The notes under the pieces were generated by a model. The model ran no database searches and was not told the origin of the DNA. It saw nothing but the letters and a program-made list of their open reading frames with translations. A program made the position numbers and the translations under genes. A DNA stretch of 62,728 nt, filler included, from Diploschistes diacapsis (taxonomy: Eukaryota): NCBI GenBank assembly GCA_023645945.1. It is 24 parts of 24 records of this genome, joined end to end, with 100 filler letters (N's around TTAATTAATTAA, not from the genome) between each part and the next. Parts side by side here need not be neighbours in the genome. Positions count along the whole stretch, not along the records: positions 50,679 to 52,320 come from JALAIB010002785.1; positions 52,421 to 54,059 come from JALAIB010002786.1; positions 54,160 to 55,796 come from JALAIB010002787.1; positions 55,897 to 57,531 come from JALAIB010002788.1; positions 57,632 to 59,264 come from JALAIB010002789.1; positions 59,365 to 60,996 come from JALAIB010002790.1; positions 61,097 to 62,728 come from JALAIB010002791.1; 17 more parts are not named here. One strand, 5' to 3'. Positions 50,679-62,728 of this stretch are shown in pieces; within the stretch, counting starts at the first letter, position 1; the number at the start of each line of letters is the position of its first letter.

Positions 50679-51391
50679 TAAAGACTCGTATTAACACGAA
50701 TACTAATAAGAAAAGAAATGACTACCTTTTAAAGATCTTTAAAGAATATTATTAATAATTGTACCTTTTTTAGGAAAAAATAGGTTTACGAATATTACTT
50801 AAATACAAACTTTAAGATCATATTATTGAACTTATAGACGGAGAAATCCCAAAGTTTAGACTTTTTTATAAAGCATTAGCGATAAAACTGAAATTTCTTA
50901 AATAATATTTTTAAGAAATGTTTAAGAAAGGTTATATTCGTAAATCTAAATTATTAATATCGTTTTTAATTATTTTCGTATTAAAACCTAACGGCAAAAA
51001 AAAGTAAACTTTTCGATCTTATATCGACTTCCGGAAGCTTAACGTTATCATCGTGAAGAACCGTTATCCCATATTAAATATTTAAAAGTTGCGAGATCGA
51101 TTATATAGCGGATTATGGTATACGAAGTTAGATTAACGAGTAAGCTTTAACTTCATGAAAATAAAAAAAAGCGAAAAATAGAAAATAGTATTTAAATACG
51201 TTACGAGTTATTCGAGTATTTGATAATATTTTTTAAACTTATTAACGTATTAATTATCGAACAAGAATTTATAAACGATATATTACGCGATATTTTAAAC
51301 GAATACGTTATTTTATATTTAAACGATATTTTAGTTTATTTTAACTGGACACTCGAGGATCATCGATAAAAAATTAAAGAAATATTCCGAT
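50679..51391 (+). mobile_element. RIP-degraded gypsy reverse transcriptase
   Basis: DHIIEL, KKGYIRKS, FRSYIDFRKLNVIIVKNRYPI and FYLNDILVY (YLDD); cut by a hAT MITE starting at 51392. Confidence 0.88.
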
Positions 51392-51664
51392 TAGACTGGC
51401 CGTTTCGTGCCACGGACACTGACACGGACACTACACTACGATAAAAGCACGGACACGGACACCGCAGCAAAAAAATTTAAAACACGGACATTAACACGGA
51501 TACTACATTATAATAAAAACACGGACACGGATATCGTAATAAAATTTTTTAAAACACGGACATTAATACGGATATTATAATTTATAATAAATTCACGGAA
51601 ATACCGTAATATAATTTTTTAAAAAATATAAATATAAAAAATAAACGTAATAATTTTAAAATTA

Positions 51665-52320
51665 ACGTGTTTCACGGGGATTCCGGCCACCCCCAGATTC
51701 CGGACACCTTAAATCATTATTTTCATCTTACATTCGATCTTTTTCAACAATGACTACCTCGTATAGTAATAATTCGATTCTAATAAAATTTAATATCAAC
51801 GACTATTTACAGGCCCTAAAATCATAATAATATACTAACATTCGAGAAACTACCCGCGTATTTAAAATATCTCGATCGACCATTATAGATCGACTCGATG
51901 AAACTTAATTTCGCTCTAATAATTACGAAACAATTTAAATCCTTTTAAATTCGGAAGAAAAGACATTAATACGATAGATTATACGTTTTATATAAATTAA
52001 CTTTTTTATATTATCTGCGTTAATAATAAAAATAATCGAAGAAATTCGACGCGAAAAATTTCGATTCGGTTTAAATTTAAAAATTATAATCGCGAATTTT
52101 TAATCTATCGACAAAAATTAGATATCGCGATTTTACAAACGATTTCCTAAAATTATTAATATTTAGACAAGATAGATCGAGTCGAATAAATTTAATACGA
52201 TAAGTTACGAGGTTATACAACGATGATTCGATATAATAATAATTTAATATAATAAGAGGTAATACGCGCCCGAATATATCTATTATATAAACGAATTAAA
52301 TTTTGATATTAATAATAATC
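51665..52320 (+). mobile_element. Pogo/Fot1 transposon 5' end
   Basis: TA then ACGTGTTTCACGGGGATTCCGGCCACCCCCAGATTCCGG; RIPed ORF with IRETTRVFKISRSTIIDRL, EEKTLIR and YYINELNF (NMDETGF-like). Other TIR copies near 36259, 36884, 45650, 49390, 52528 and 58776. Confidence 0.88.
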
Positions 52321-52793
52321 NNNNNNNNNNNNNNNNNNNNNNNNNNNNNNNNNNNNNNNNNNNNTTAATTAATTAANNNNNNNNNNNNNNNNNNNNNNNN
52401 NNNNNNNNNNNNNNNNNNNNTTATGACGATGCGAGGTAGTCATTATTAAGAAAAATCGATTGTAAGATGAAAATAGTGATTTGAAAAGACCGGAACCTAA
52501 GGGTGGCCGGAATCCCCGTGAAACACGTTATAAATAATAAATATATAAGTTAATTATATATTAACTTAACTTTTTAATAACAAATACGATGTCGGATCTC
52601 GTCTTAGCCGCTAGATGCATAATATTATCAATAATCTCTTAATACTAGCCTATTAATTAACTTATCTCGAAAGATTTTTTACCTAATTTAATACCGTCGT
52701 ATCCATTAAACGGGATTTTCAGATTTTTATATATGACCGTTATTATTTTAAAACGTTAAAGTATCTTTTCGATATATATCTCTTGATTTAAAG

Positions 52794-53439
52794 TAGGCTG
52801 GCCGTTTCGTGCCACGGACACTGACACGGACACCGCAGCTAAAATTTTTAAAACACGGACATTAATACGGACATTATATTTCCGTAAATCCACGGACACG
52901 GACACCGTAATTAAAAAATTTAAAACACGGATATTAATACGGATATTACTACGGATACTACATTTCCGTAAATTCACGGATATAGACACCGAAATTAAAA
53001 AATTTAAAACACGGATATTAATACGGATATTACATTTCCGTAAATTCATTAACACGGACACTACACTATAATAAAAGCACGAGAATACTATTTTTTTTAT
53101 TAAAATTATTACGCTTATTTCTTACGTTTTTAGTTTTAAAAATTTTTTTAAAACACGGACACGGATACGGACATTATATTGCGGTGAATCCACGGACACG
53201 AACACCGTAATTAAAAAGTTTAAAACACGGACATTAATACGGGTATTACATTTCCGTAAATCCACGGACACGGATACCGTAATTAAAAAATTTAAAACAC
53301 GGACATTAACACGGACACTATATTTCCGTAAATCCACGGACACGGACACCGCAGCAAAAAAATCTAAAACACTAACACTGACACTATCAGTGTCCGTGTC
53401 ACTAACACGGCCGTGTCAGTGTCAGTGACGGCCAGCGTA
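52794..53439 (+). mobile_element. Non-autonomous hAT element (MITE), 646 bp, with 8-bp TSD ATTTAAAG
   Basis: TAGGCTGGCCGT...ACGGCCAGCGTA; CACGGACAC repeat interior; identical 8-mers at 52786-52793 and 53440-53447. Partial copies at 38470-38801, 43992, 45654-45770, 51392, 54041 and 57632-57773. Confidence 0.93.
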
Positions 53440-54040
53440 ATTTAAAGTTAATTTAGTTAAACTTGTTGAATCTAAATCTAAACTGCGCCATCGCTGAATT
53501 CTCATATTTAGAAACTTTTTGATCTCCTCTAAATCCTTAAATTTATAACGTTCAGTTAGTGCTTTCTTAAACTAGCATATATTATACAGATCCGGCGCTG
53601 TTATAATAATATCATTCACCTAAAAAACCAACCAATAGCTTTCAGCCTCGCAAAATAAAAACGTATAGATCAGTATTGGATAGGACGAATCCTAAGTTTA
53701 AAATTATAATGCAGTATTTTTCATGCCAATTTTTGGCTGCCTGCTTTAGGTCATAGAGGTTTTTATTGATTTTAAGCACGGTGCCTTTTGGAACGCTATA
53801 TCCTTCTAATGCGGTTATATAAATCTAATACGATAATAATATTTCGATAAAAGCGTTATTAACGTTCATTTAATGACATTTTAGATCTATAATTACTATA
53901 ATTGTTAATAAAATTCGTAACGAATCGGCTCGAATAATAAAAATAAATATTTTATCGAAATCGATCCTCTATCTTTACGAGAATCTTCTTGCGATTAATC
54001 TGACCTTAAACCTTTCGATATTCTTATTAAAGTTATATTT
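53440..54040 (-). mobile_element. RIP-degraded copia reverse transcriptase (continues at 52531-52793)
   Basis: Reverse-complement homologue of 47192-48400; split by the hAT MITE. Confidence 0.8.
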
Positions 54041-55195
54041 TAGGCTGGCCGTCACGGACNNNNNNNNNNNNNNNNNNNNNNNNNNNNNNNNNNNNNNNNN
54101 NNNTTAATTAATTAANNNNNNNNNNNNNNNNNNNNNNNNNNNNNNNNNNNNNNNNNNNNAGATTAATTTATATTCGTTTACTTTTATTATTAAATAATAA
54201 TCTTTTTAGAAATCAGAACAAACCTATTACCGATCTACTTCTTCTCCTTCTATACTCCTCTTCTACCAGTGACCAAACCCACCTTAATCAATACCTCGTG
54301 TCTACGTTGTAGAGATAGAGATCATAACAGAAGTGCCCGTCTAGCTGTGACGTGCCAGGTTACTGCACCAGTACCCTGGATCGTAACATCGAGAAGGATG
54401 TCCGCTCGCTATGAGTGTCCGCTCGCTATGCATATACGTTATTTAATATTAATAATAAAAGATAAAGAATAAATAAATACGATTATTAATAGTTTATATG
54501 TATTTTTAAATTTTTAATTAGACCGAATCGACCCGAAACGCGTCGTTTATTAATTATAAACGATTATAATAATCATATTACCGTTAATATTATTCGCTTT
54601 TGAAATATCTAATCGAATCGATTTAATGATATTATTACCGTATAATTCTTATTTTTTTAACCATTCGATGTCGTAATGTTTTCGCCGTTAAAAAGCGCGT
54701 TGGCGTAAAAAACGAATCATATTACTCGATTAAATCAATCGCGTATAATACGCTCGGAATAAATCGAATTATTTTTAATAACTCGAAATCGAGCTATTAC
54801 GAATCGGAACGTTTAAATAGGTTTTATAAATATTAACTTATAATCTATTAATTTTATAATCGTGTTTAATAAGCTTTTTTCGATTTATCGGATCCCTTCA
54901 CCTTTATTTTATAATTTTTTTTTAATCTCGAATCAATTCGATTTAGATTTATCTTTATTATATAATTTTTTATTGAATACGACAGAACTGCGAAAGGTTA
55001 ATAAAGAATTTAATTAAACGTTACGAGCCGTTTTAAAACTAATTAATTTAATTCGACGTTATTCGAGTCGAGTAATCCGTATATTTGAATTAACGTATAT
55101 TAAGTTTACAACGTTTCGTAAAGAAAACCGAAAGCAAAAAACGTTTCTTAATAATCGTAAGAAACGTAAATTAAATAAACGAATTGAATTAAAAG

Positions 55196-55796
55196 TGTTT
55201 GGCAACGTAATGGATATATTGAAGTCTAGAGGTCTTATCCTATGAAGATATCCTACTGCGCAGACTTTTATACCCTAAGGGATCCGCTAAGCCTTATTAT
55301 TAACATTACTCCCGATCGGTCTAGTCAGAGTTCCAGGAGGTTTAGCTGAACTGAACCTCGGAATCCAGCTGAATTGAATCTCGGAATCCAGCTGAACTGA
55401 ACCCCCGACTAGAATTTAGTTAAATTCCTAGCTATACCTTTTATTTGTTTATTTAATATTCCTTTATAGACGGAATCGTCCAGTATGTATATATAATTTA
55501 ATTAGATACCTTTTAAACTAAACCGAGTTTTTTAATAAAGACGTCGTGCTTCGAATAGTTTAATGGTTTCGTAAGCCCGTTAATAACCATTTTACCGATA
55601 AGAACATAAGATATCCTAATACGTCTTTATTTGACAAGATCTCGTACGTGATGATAAGCAATATCGACGTATTTTGAACGATTATTGATCCTCGCGTGTT
55701 TCATTAGGTTTAAAAAACTAATATTATTACCGAATAAATTGATAATATATAATGATGGTTTATAAGGCCTGTTTAGCGGCGTAAAATAAACTAATA
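55196..55796 (-). mobile_element. Copia 3' LTR (55196-55458) and RNase H end, inserted in a pogo element
   Basis: Colinear homologue of 814-1430. Confidence 0.82.
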
Positions 55797-57773
55797 NNNN
55801 NNNNNNNNNNNNNNNNNNNNNNNNNNNNNNNNNNNNNNNNTTAATTAATTAANNNNNNNNNNNNNNNNNNNNNNNNNNNNNNNNNNNNNNNNNNNNTTAA
55901 TACGTCGAGTTAGTGCGAGAAAGCGATTAATATCTTTTTATATCAACCGCTTTAATATAGTTTAGATTTATTTTTAGCGAGCCTCTAATATTTTTACGTA
56001 AGAACGTTTACGACGTACGTATTCCGAACATTTTAAAACCTTAAAACCAGACGATATAATAAAACAGAATTTATCGTTAAAAGAACAATATTCGTAAAAA
56101 GAAATAATAAAGATTTTGTAACGAATAATAGAACGGGAAAGTTAAATTCGTTCGACGGACCGGTTACGAGAAGTTAAAAGAGATATCGTTGTTTCACGAT
56201 TTAAGATTCTTTTTTATTTAATACTTATATTAGATCCTTCGGTAAATCATCGGGTCGATAATATTAAAAAAAAAGGATAATATTACGATCTAAATATTAG
56301 ACTTAACACGTCTTAATTTTATATATAAGTTAATTACGGGATTAAAAATCACGTAATACGCTTATTACTCGCGTTTATTCTCGTAAACGGCGAGTAAGCT
56401 TTCGTTACCGCTCGATAATCGCGTTTATTCTCGTAAACGGCAAGCTTCGAGAACACCATTCGATAAATTTACGATAAACGGCGAGCGAGCTAATTATATA
56501 TAAACACGATTTTTTCTTCGTAAAAGAAGACGTGTTTATTTTTATAGACATCCTTAATCATTACTCGGGATTAATCTATATTCGTTACTTTTATTATTAG
56601 AAAGCCTTCTTTCCAAAAATAGTCTAAGATTTATAACTGTTCTATCTTCTTTTCCTACCATACTCTTCTTTTAACAGAAATCAAACCCACCTTGATCCTA
56701 CTCGTGTATACCTTGTATAAATAGAGATCATAACAACGAGTCGTTAGGATATCGTTATAGAAATATAAACGGGTTAGGATCTATTTCGTATATCGGATAT
56801 AGGCGAATTCTTTTAGTTTATGTTCCGGGGTGGCGATGCGCTGGCTTGTTAGTAATAATCTGATGCCACGTTGCCATCCTTATTTTTCTAAGGCGAATGT
56901 CCTTATCTTTGGGGGTAGTAGGGACGTCTTCGCTTTCAGATATGGTAATAAAGATTCGATAAGAATAAAACAAGTAGCTAACGAGAATAAGAATAAAGAA
57001 AGAAAAGGAAAGATAAAGAAAATAAAACCTTTATATTAAACCCACGTTAGTAGGAATTAATAATAATAATATATTAAAATATTAACGATTCGCCGTCGAC
57101 GCGCTAATTAAGAATTAATAAACATTAAATAGAACTATATATTAATAATTAATATTATTAAAATATAGAAGATTAACGATACGTTAAAAATTTGTTATCG
57201 TATAGTTGATAATAAAGTTACGTTACGATGATTAAACGTTTTAAAGATAGAGTTTAGGAAAGGAGAGGGTAATTATAATACGTAGAATTTAATAAGAGTT
57301 ATTAAAGGGTATGTTAAGTATATATCAAGGCCCGTTAGCGTGTTTTTATATAAGAACAGAGTTTTCGTAGATAGAGATAGTTTTTCAGAAGTTATTTCAT
57401 TAATGCATCTATCGTCTAGCCGAGATCTAGCCACCGAATAGCCACTTATCTGCCTTATTGTCACACTGTAGTATTAACCTTTACAGTATGGTACGATAAA
57501 ATTGAAATCAATATTAATTCGTTAAGACTGANNNNNNNNNNNNNNNNNNNNNNNNNNNNNNNNNNNNNNNNNNNNTTAATTAATTAANNNNNNNNNNNNN
57601 NNNNNNNNNNNNNNNNNNNNNNNNNNNNNNNCACGGACACTGTAATTAAAAATTTTAAAATATTGATATTAACACGGACACTACACTTCCGTGAATCCAC
57701 GGACACGGACACCGCAGCTAAAAAATCCAAAACACGGACACTGACACTGTCAGTGTCAGTGACGGCCAGCCTA

Positions 57774-58773
57774 CGATAAAAAGATATTCGCCATAATACG
57801 ATATTTCGAGAAATAAAAGCCCGAGTTATTAATCTTCTCGATTAATCGATTTATTTTAATATTAATCGATTATAAAGCCCTCGAGTACTTTATGACGAAT
57901 AAATAATTAAACCGTTGATAAGCCCGGTAGGCGGAGTTCTTATTACAATTTAACTTTAAAATCTAATATCGACTCGCGGCAAAAAACGTAAAAATCGATT
58001 TATTAACGAGAAAACTTAACACGAGCGAGGCTCTAAAAGCCAAAAAAGACTCTCCTATATAATAAACATTGATCAAACCCGACCAATTTTCGGGAAAATT
58101 AAATAGAATCTAAATATACACGCTTTAAACGGTGAGGATTATGCTCCCGAATCGTAAAAGATAATTACGAACGACCCGAACCCTATTATTGAAATCATTT
58201 TAACTATTAAAACCCCGACGATAATTAAAAAATTAAAAAACGTCAATCGACGAAATTAAATATTTAACGAAATTAGAATTAAACTAAAAAAAGATAAACT
58301 ATTAAAGCCCTTCACGGCTACCGACTGAACTCGTATCGAACGAACGAAAACATATTATACGCTAACGATAAATTCGTCGGCCGAAAAATTAAATTATTCA
58401 CGTTATTTAATCGATTTATTATCATAAAAAATTTAAACACGCGGAGATCGATAAAACCCTTCGAGTAATTAAAAAAACTATATTCTTTTAAATAAAAGTT
58501 ATTATCGCCCGATTTGTGGGAAATTATTACGATTACCGTCGAGCGAAATTAACGACTTAAATATCTTAAAGATTTTAAAAACCGTTACCCGTTCCCGATA
58601 AAGTATAAACGGATCTTTTAATAAATTTCGTAACGGGGTTTTCCGAAGACTCGAAATAGAATAATATTATTATGATAATTATTTACCGCTTATTGAAAGA
58701 AAAGTATTATATCTCTTATATAACAAAAAATAAAGGTATAAAAATTAAAATCATGGTTTAGTTATTTTATAAA
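57774..58773 (+). mobile_element. RIP-degraded gypsy RNase H to integrase
   Basis: LIDYKALEYFMTNK*LNR**AR*AEFLLQFNFKI*YRLAAKNVKIDLLTR, then LKPLPVP...INFVTGFSE. Confidence 0.85.
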
Positions 58774-59890
58774 TAACGTGTTTCACGGTCATCTCGGCCA
58801 CCCCCCAATCTCGGTTACTTCAAATTACTACCGCCAACGTTCTACGGTTTTCATATACAACCTGTTTATCGCAATCAGAATCTAATAGATCTGAATCGAA
58901 TCTATTATTTTTCTTTTTATCTTTTTCGAATTTAGAAACGCGACGACGTTTTTTACGTATTATAAATCGTTTTTAAATTGTTCGACTGGATTTAACCCGA
59001 AAGATTTTTTTAAGAACTTCGTCTACACTAAACATAAAACGACCTTTTAATTCAATTCGTTTATTTGGTTTACGTTTTTTACGATTATTAAGAAACGTTT
59101 TTTATTCTCGTTTATTTTTACGAAGCGTTATAAACTTAATATACGTCGATTTAAATATACGAATTATTCGATTCGAATAACGTCGAATCAGATTAATTAA
59201 TTCTAAAACGGTTCGCAACGTCCAATTTAACTTTTTATTAACCTTTCGTAGTTCGGTCGTAATTNNNNNNNNNNNNNNNNNNNNNNNNNNNNNNNNNNNN
59301 NNNNNNNNTTAATTAATTAANNNNNNNNNNNNNNNNNNNNNNNNNNNNNNNNNNNNNNNNNNNNATTATATACGGGACTTAGTTAAGCGAGACCGTATTA
59401 ATATTATTTATATACTTATTAATAAAATAATAATTAACGGATTAATAAAGCTATTAAATTATATTAAGCACGACATGTTTATTAAAGGACTTGAATTAAT
59501 ATAAAAGATATCCAGCTGGACTAAATAAACATGCCGGTGGTTCCGCCCGTAAAGAAGTGTTAAACAAGCAGGCAGAATACATGGCTGGGAGGTTCAATTA
59601 AACCTATTTAGGTTCCTATTAATCCGGATTGGGAATAACTCAAGCCTATAAGGCTTAAAGAATCCCATAGGTATAAAGGCTTGCATATAGGTTGTTCCTC
59701 TTAGATAGATCTTTAGAGTTCAATACATACGTTGCCCAAAAGATTTCTACTTTAGTTTATCGGCTAGCGACGTTAAAGGCTACGGCGTTAATCGCGAAGA
59801 TCTAATTAGAATTATTACTCGTATAAATTCGTTTATCGGTCTCACGAAAGATAAATAAGTAAATTAAATCTTTTGTATTAATATTATTAT

Positions 59891-60996
59891 TGTTGAGCAA
59901 ACAGGCAGAAGGCATGGCTGGGAGTATAACTGAGTTCTAGAAGGAGGTTCAGTTCAGCTGAACCTTCTAGAATTCTAACTAGACCGAATAAGGAATAGTA
60001 TAGGTATTAAAATTTAGCGTATCCCACGAGGATAAAAGTTTATAAAATAAAATAACCTTCTAAATAAGATCTTTAGATTTCAATATATCTATTAGGTTAT
60101 TAAATAGATTATAAACTCGGATTAACATCTATTTTATTACGTTTAATCATTTATTGAAATTACGTTTCTCGGTAGTTATTACGGTTACGCACGCGGATAC
60201 CGATTACGTTATTTAACGTAAATTAAATCGAAAAGATTTAAAAGCCTAAAATCTGAATTATAAAATCTTAAGGTGAATTAATTTAAAGATAGAAGTTATA
60301 TTACTTTAAAAGAACGCGGGACCTTAATACGCTGGCCTAGGGTAGGCCTGAATAAGAAATACTTAGATCTAGATATCATTTGTATAGGCCAACGAAAAAC
60401 AATCTTCTTTTCTTTTCGATAATATCGAAGTTTAATTGAACCACGCTGAATCTTATCGATCATTTATTAATTATCGAAATCTAGTCGAATCGCTATCTTC
60501 GCTATTAGACCTATTCGATCCCTTCGTCAATCATCGATCTTTAACTGTACTGTTGCTAAACCTGCTCGATTACTTAACAATCATCGAAGTTCAGTTGAAC
60601 CTTACTGAACCCCTCGATTACATTTATTTCTATTATAGAAGATTATCCTCTATATCATTTATTAATTACTTATTAATTACGAGTTATTCATTTAATAAAT
60701 CTTTTTTATTTACGAAAATAGTAATAAGATAAATGACATCTTATTTAAGAAACGGGTTGCCCCTATCCTAAAAAAAAAGAATTAATAATAATGGTTCAAA
60801 CTTATACGTATATACCTCGAAAGCGAAGAGGTGGATTACGTTCTTAATAATCAATTACTATTGCCTACTATAGTTATTTTAGATGACTTTATATCATCTA
60901 TCCTTACCGGTTCAGGTTCAGTTTTGGACAAAATATCTGAATAGTGAAAGAAAGATTAATTTAAAATAAACTATTAAATTATGATCTATATAGGAG
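59891..60996 (+). mobile_element. Copia 5' LTR (59891-60106), PBS and RIPed gag region
   Basis: LTR starting TGTTGAGCAAACAGGCAGAAGG, followed by GATTATAAACTCGG; homologous to 38802-39854. A diverged related LTR lies at about 59558-59740. Confidence 0.78.
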
Positions 60997-61096
60997 NNNN
61001 NNNNNNNNNNNNNNNNNNNNNNNNNNNNNNNNNNNNNNNNTTAATTAATTAANNNNNNNNNNNNNNNNNNNNNNNNNNNNNNNNNNNNNNNNNNNN

Positions 61097-62322
61097 ACCT
61101 AACAGGGCGATATCGATGACTTAATTGATAAAAATATTGAAATCACGTCTTTACCGGTTATAGCATTAATCACGTAAGTTTTGAAAAGTAATGATATTTT
61201 GAATCAAGATGTAACGGAATATAGAAAATTAGTATAAACGTGCGATCTAATTCCTAATATTAGATTAAATATTCGAGGATCTTTAAGAATTAATTTAAGC
61301 GAAAAAGCAGCGTATATGTTTCGTATTTTAGGAGGAGTTATAAGTAGAAAAGAGTATTTCCGAAAAAAAGCTTTTATAGTTAATAATCGGAAATATCTCG
61401 ATCATATATTTTTTTATAAGTACGGAAACTTCGGATGCGATTACGTTAGATACGAAATATTAATATACGTTCTTTACGGAAAGTTAATTATTAACGTAAC
61501 CTTCCAGCGGTATTATAAAGAAGTGTTGTATAACAACAAACACGAAGACCATTGTCTTTTGTACGACTGTAAGACAAAGGGATATCCGGTTGATATCCAT
61601 AACGAAACATACCCCACATAGAAAGAAGTTATGGGAAAAGCTAGAGCTTTTTAGTTATAAGTTAAACTGAAGAGCTATATATTACAGACATAAACGCTGA
61701 CACACGGACTTAAATAAAACGAATTTAAACCGACCTCGAGATTAAATCAAGACGATATGCCGTGCGAGCACTAATCGATCCGGATACTATAATGAACGTT
61801 ATTTCAACCTTATATATATAACGGTTAAAGATAAAGAGTTACGAACTTATACGAAAATATATATTCAAAATCGTAATAATAAATAACGTTATATAAATCA
61901 CTAAACGTACGTTACCGTTAATAGTCAGGATTTTAGAGTATATTAAAAAACTTATTTTCGATTTAATAGATATAATTATTTACGAAATTATCCTCGGAAA
62001 CCCTTAATTAAATATTTATAATCCAACGATTAATTTCAAGACACGAACCTTTGAATTAAACGGATATACGTATATTAATACATCCCGCCTACGCGTAATT
62101 ATAGCAATTACGGCAAATAAAAAAAGAATATTATACGATACTCTCCGAACCGGTATCAAGGACGACTTTAATCAGCAGATTTAGATACAAGAGGTAAAGA
62201 CTCGTATTAATAAGAATACTAATAAGAAAAAAGATAATTATCTTTTAAAAATCTCTAAAAAATATTATTAATAATTATACCTTTTTTAGGAAGAAATAGA
62301 TCTTAAAATACTGTTTAATTAC
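61097..62322 (+). mobile_element. RIP-degraded gypsy gag / aspartic protease region
   Basis: VRALIDPDTIMNVIS (ALIDSGA) and YEIILGNP; the 3' part is homologous to 50679-50790. Confidence 0.78.
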
Positions 62323-62728
62323 TGTAAACATAAAAGTAGGCGGTAGACTTGGTGGGGGTAGTCCCCACAAGGCAGCTCCATTTAAGGAAGCCTGCTAGGT
62401 AGTTCTAGACAAGGAATGCATCCTACACCTCACAAATATCCTACCTGGGTATGTTATTGACTACGAGATCACACTACATTCATCTATTACACTACCTACG
62501 ACTACCTACCTACTATAACAAAAAAAATCTCCCTAAACAGCGCGTTTATGTTTATAATGGGGCCAACCTAAGAACTTATCTAAAAACCCTTCTACATCTT
62601 ACGAAAAATAAAGAGAAAGTTACGATCTAAAAACTCCAAATATAACAAAAAGATATTATTTATAAAAATATAAAAAAAGAAAAGAAAAGGACATCTGATT
62701 GTTCTTAAATAACCTGTTAATATTAGAA
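62323..62728 (+). mobile_element. Repeat family C inserted in gypsy pol
   Basis: Starts TGTAAACATAAAAGTAGG; homologous to 42942-43603. Confidence 0.7.

Noticed and set aside
1651..61096. Regularly recurring TTAATTAATTAA motif and about 1.75-kb periodicity
   Set aside because: Artificial six-frame-stop linker between size-sorted contigs (1650 falling to 1632 bp); not biological.
24489..62728. Short ORFs listed in the AT-rich contigs
   Set aside because: Chance ORFs or stop-bounded fragments of RIPed transposon genes; none is an intact host gene.

Overview
Filamentous ascomycete (Pezizomycotina) DNA made of 24 contigs joined by artificial 100-bp linkers (N-run, TTAATTAATTAA, N-run). One 22.6-kb GC-balanced contig (1751-24388) holds all the intact genes: an MFS transporter, an APC permease, a PTH11-like receptor, a small secreted three-repeat peptide precursor, a DUF3328/UstYa oxidase, a GNAT acetyltransferase, then ARP10, DGK1, SPB4, an AT-hook hypothetical and RPS0. 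The main result is a compact candidate dikaritin-type fungal RiPP locus (9585-12651). Its spliced precursor is only partly visible in the ORF track and carries three repeats with a [Y/W]xPx[A/G][L/M][Y/L]xY core and single-Arg rather than KR boundaries. The other 23 contigs (about 1.63-1.65 kb each) are RIP-degraded, nested transposon debris: copia, gypsy/chromovirus, pogo/Fot1 and hAT MITEs. They include two miniature LTR elements with self-priming-type PBSs and a 30-bp palindromic LTR-end insertion with its own target-site duplication. All gene models and family calls were made by eye from motifs and splice signals; no database search was run.
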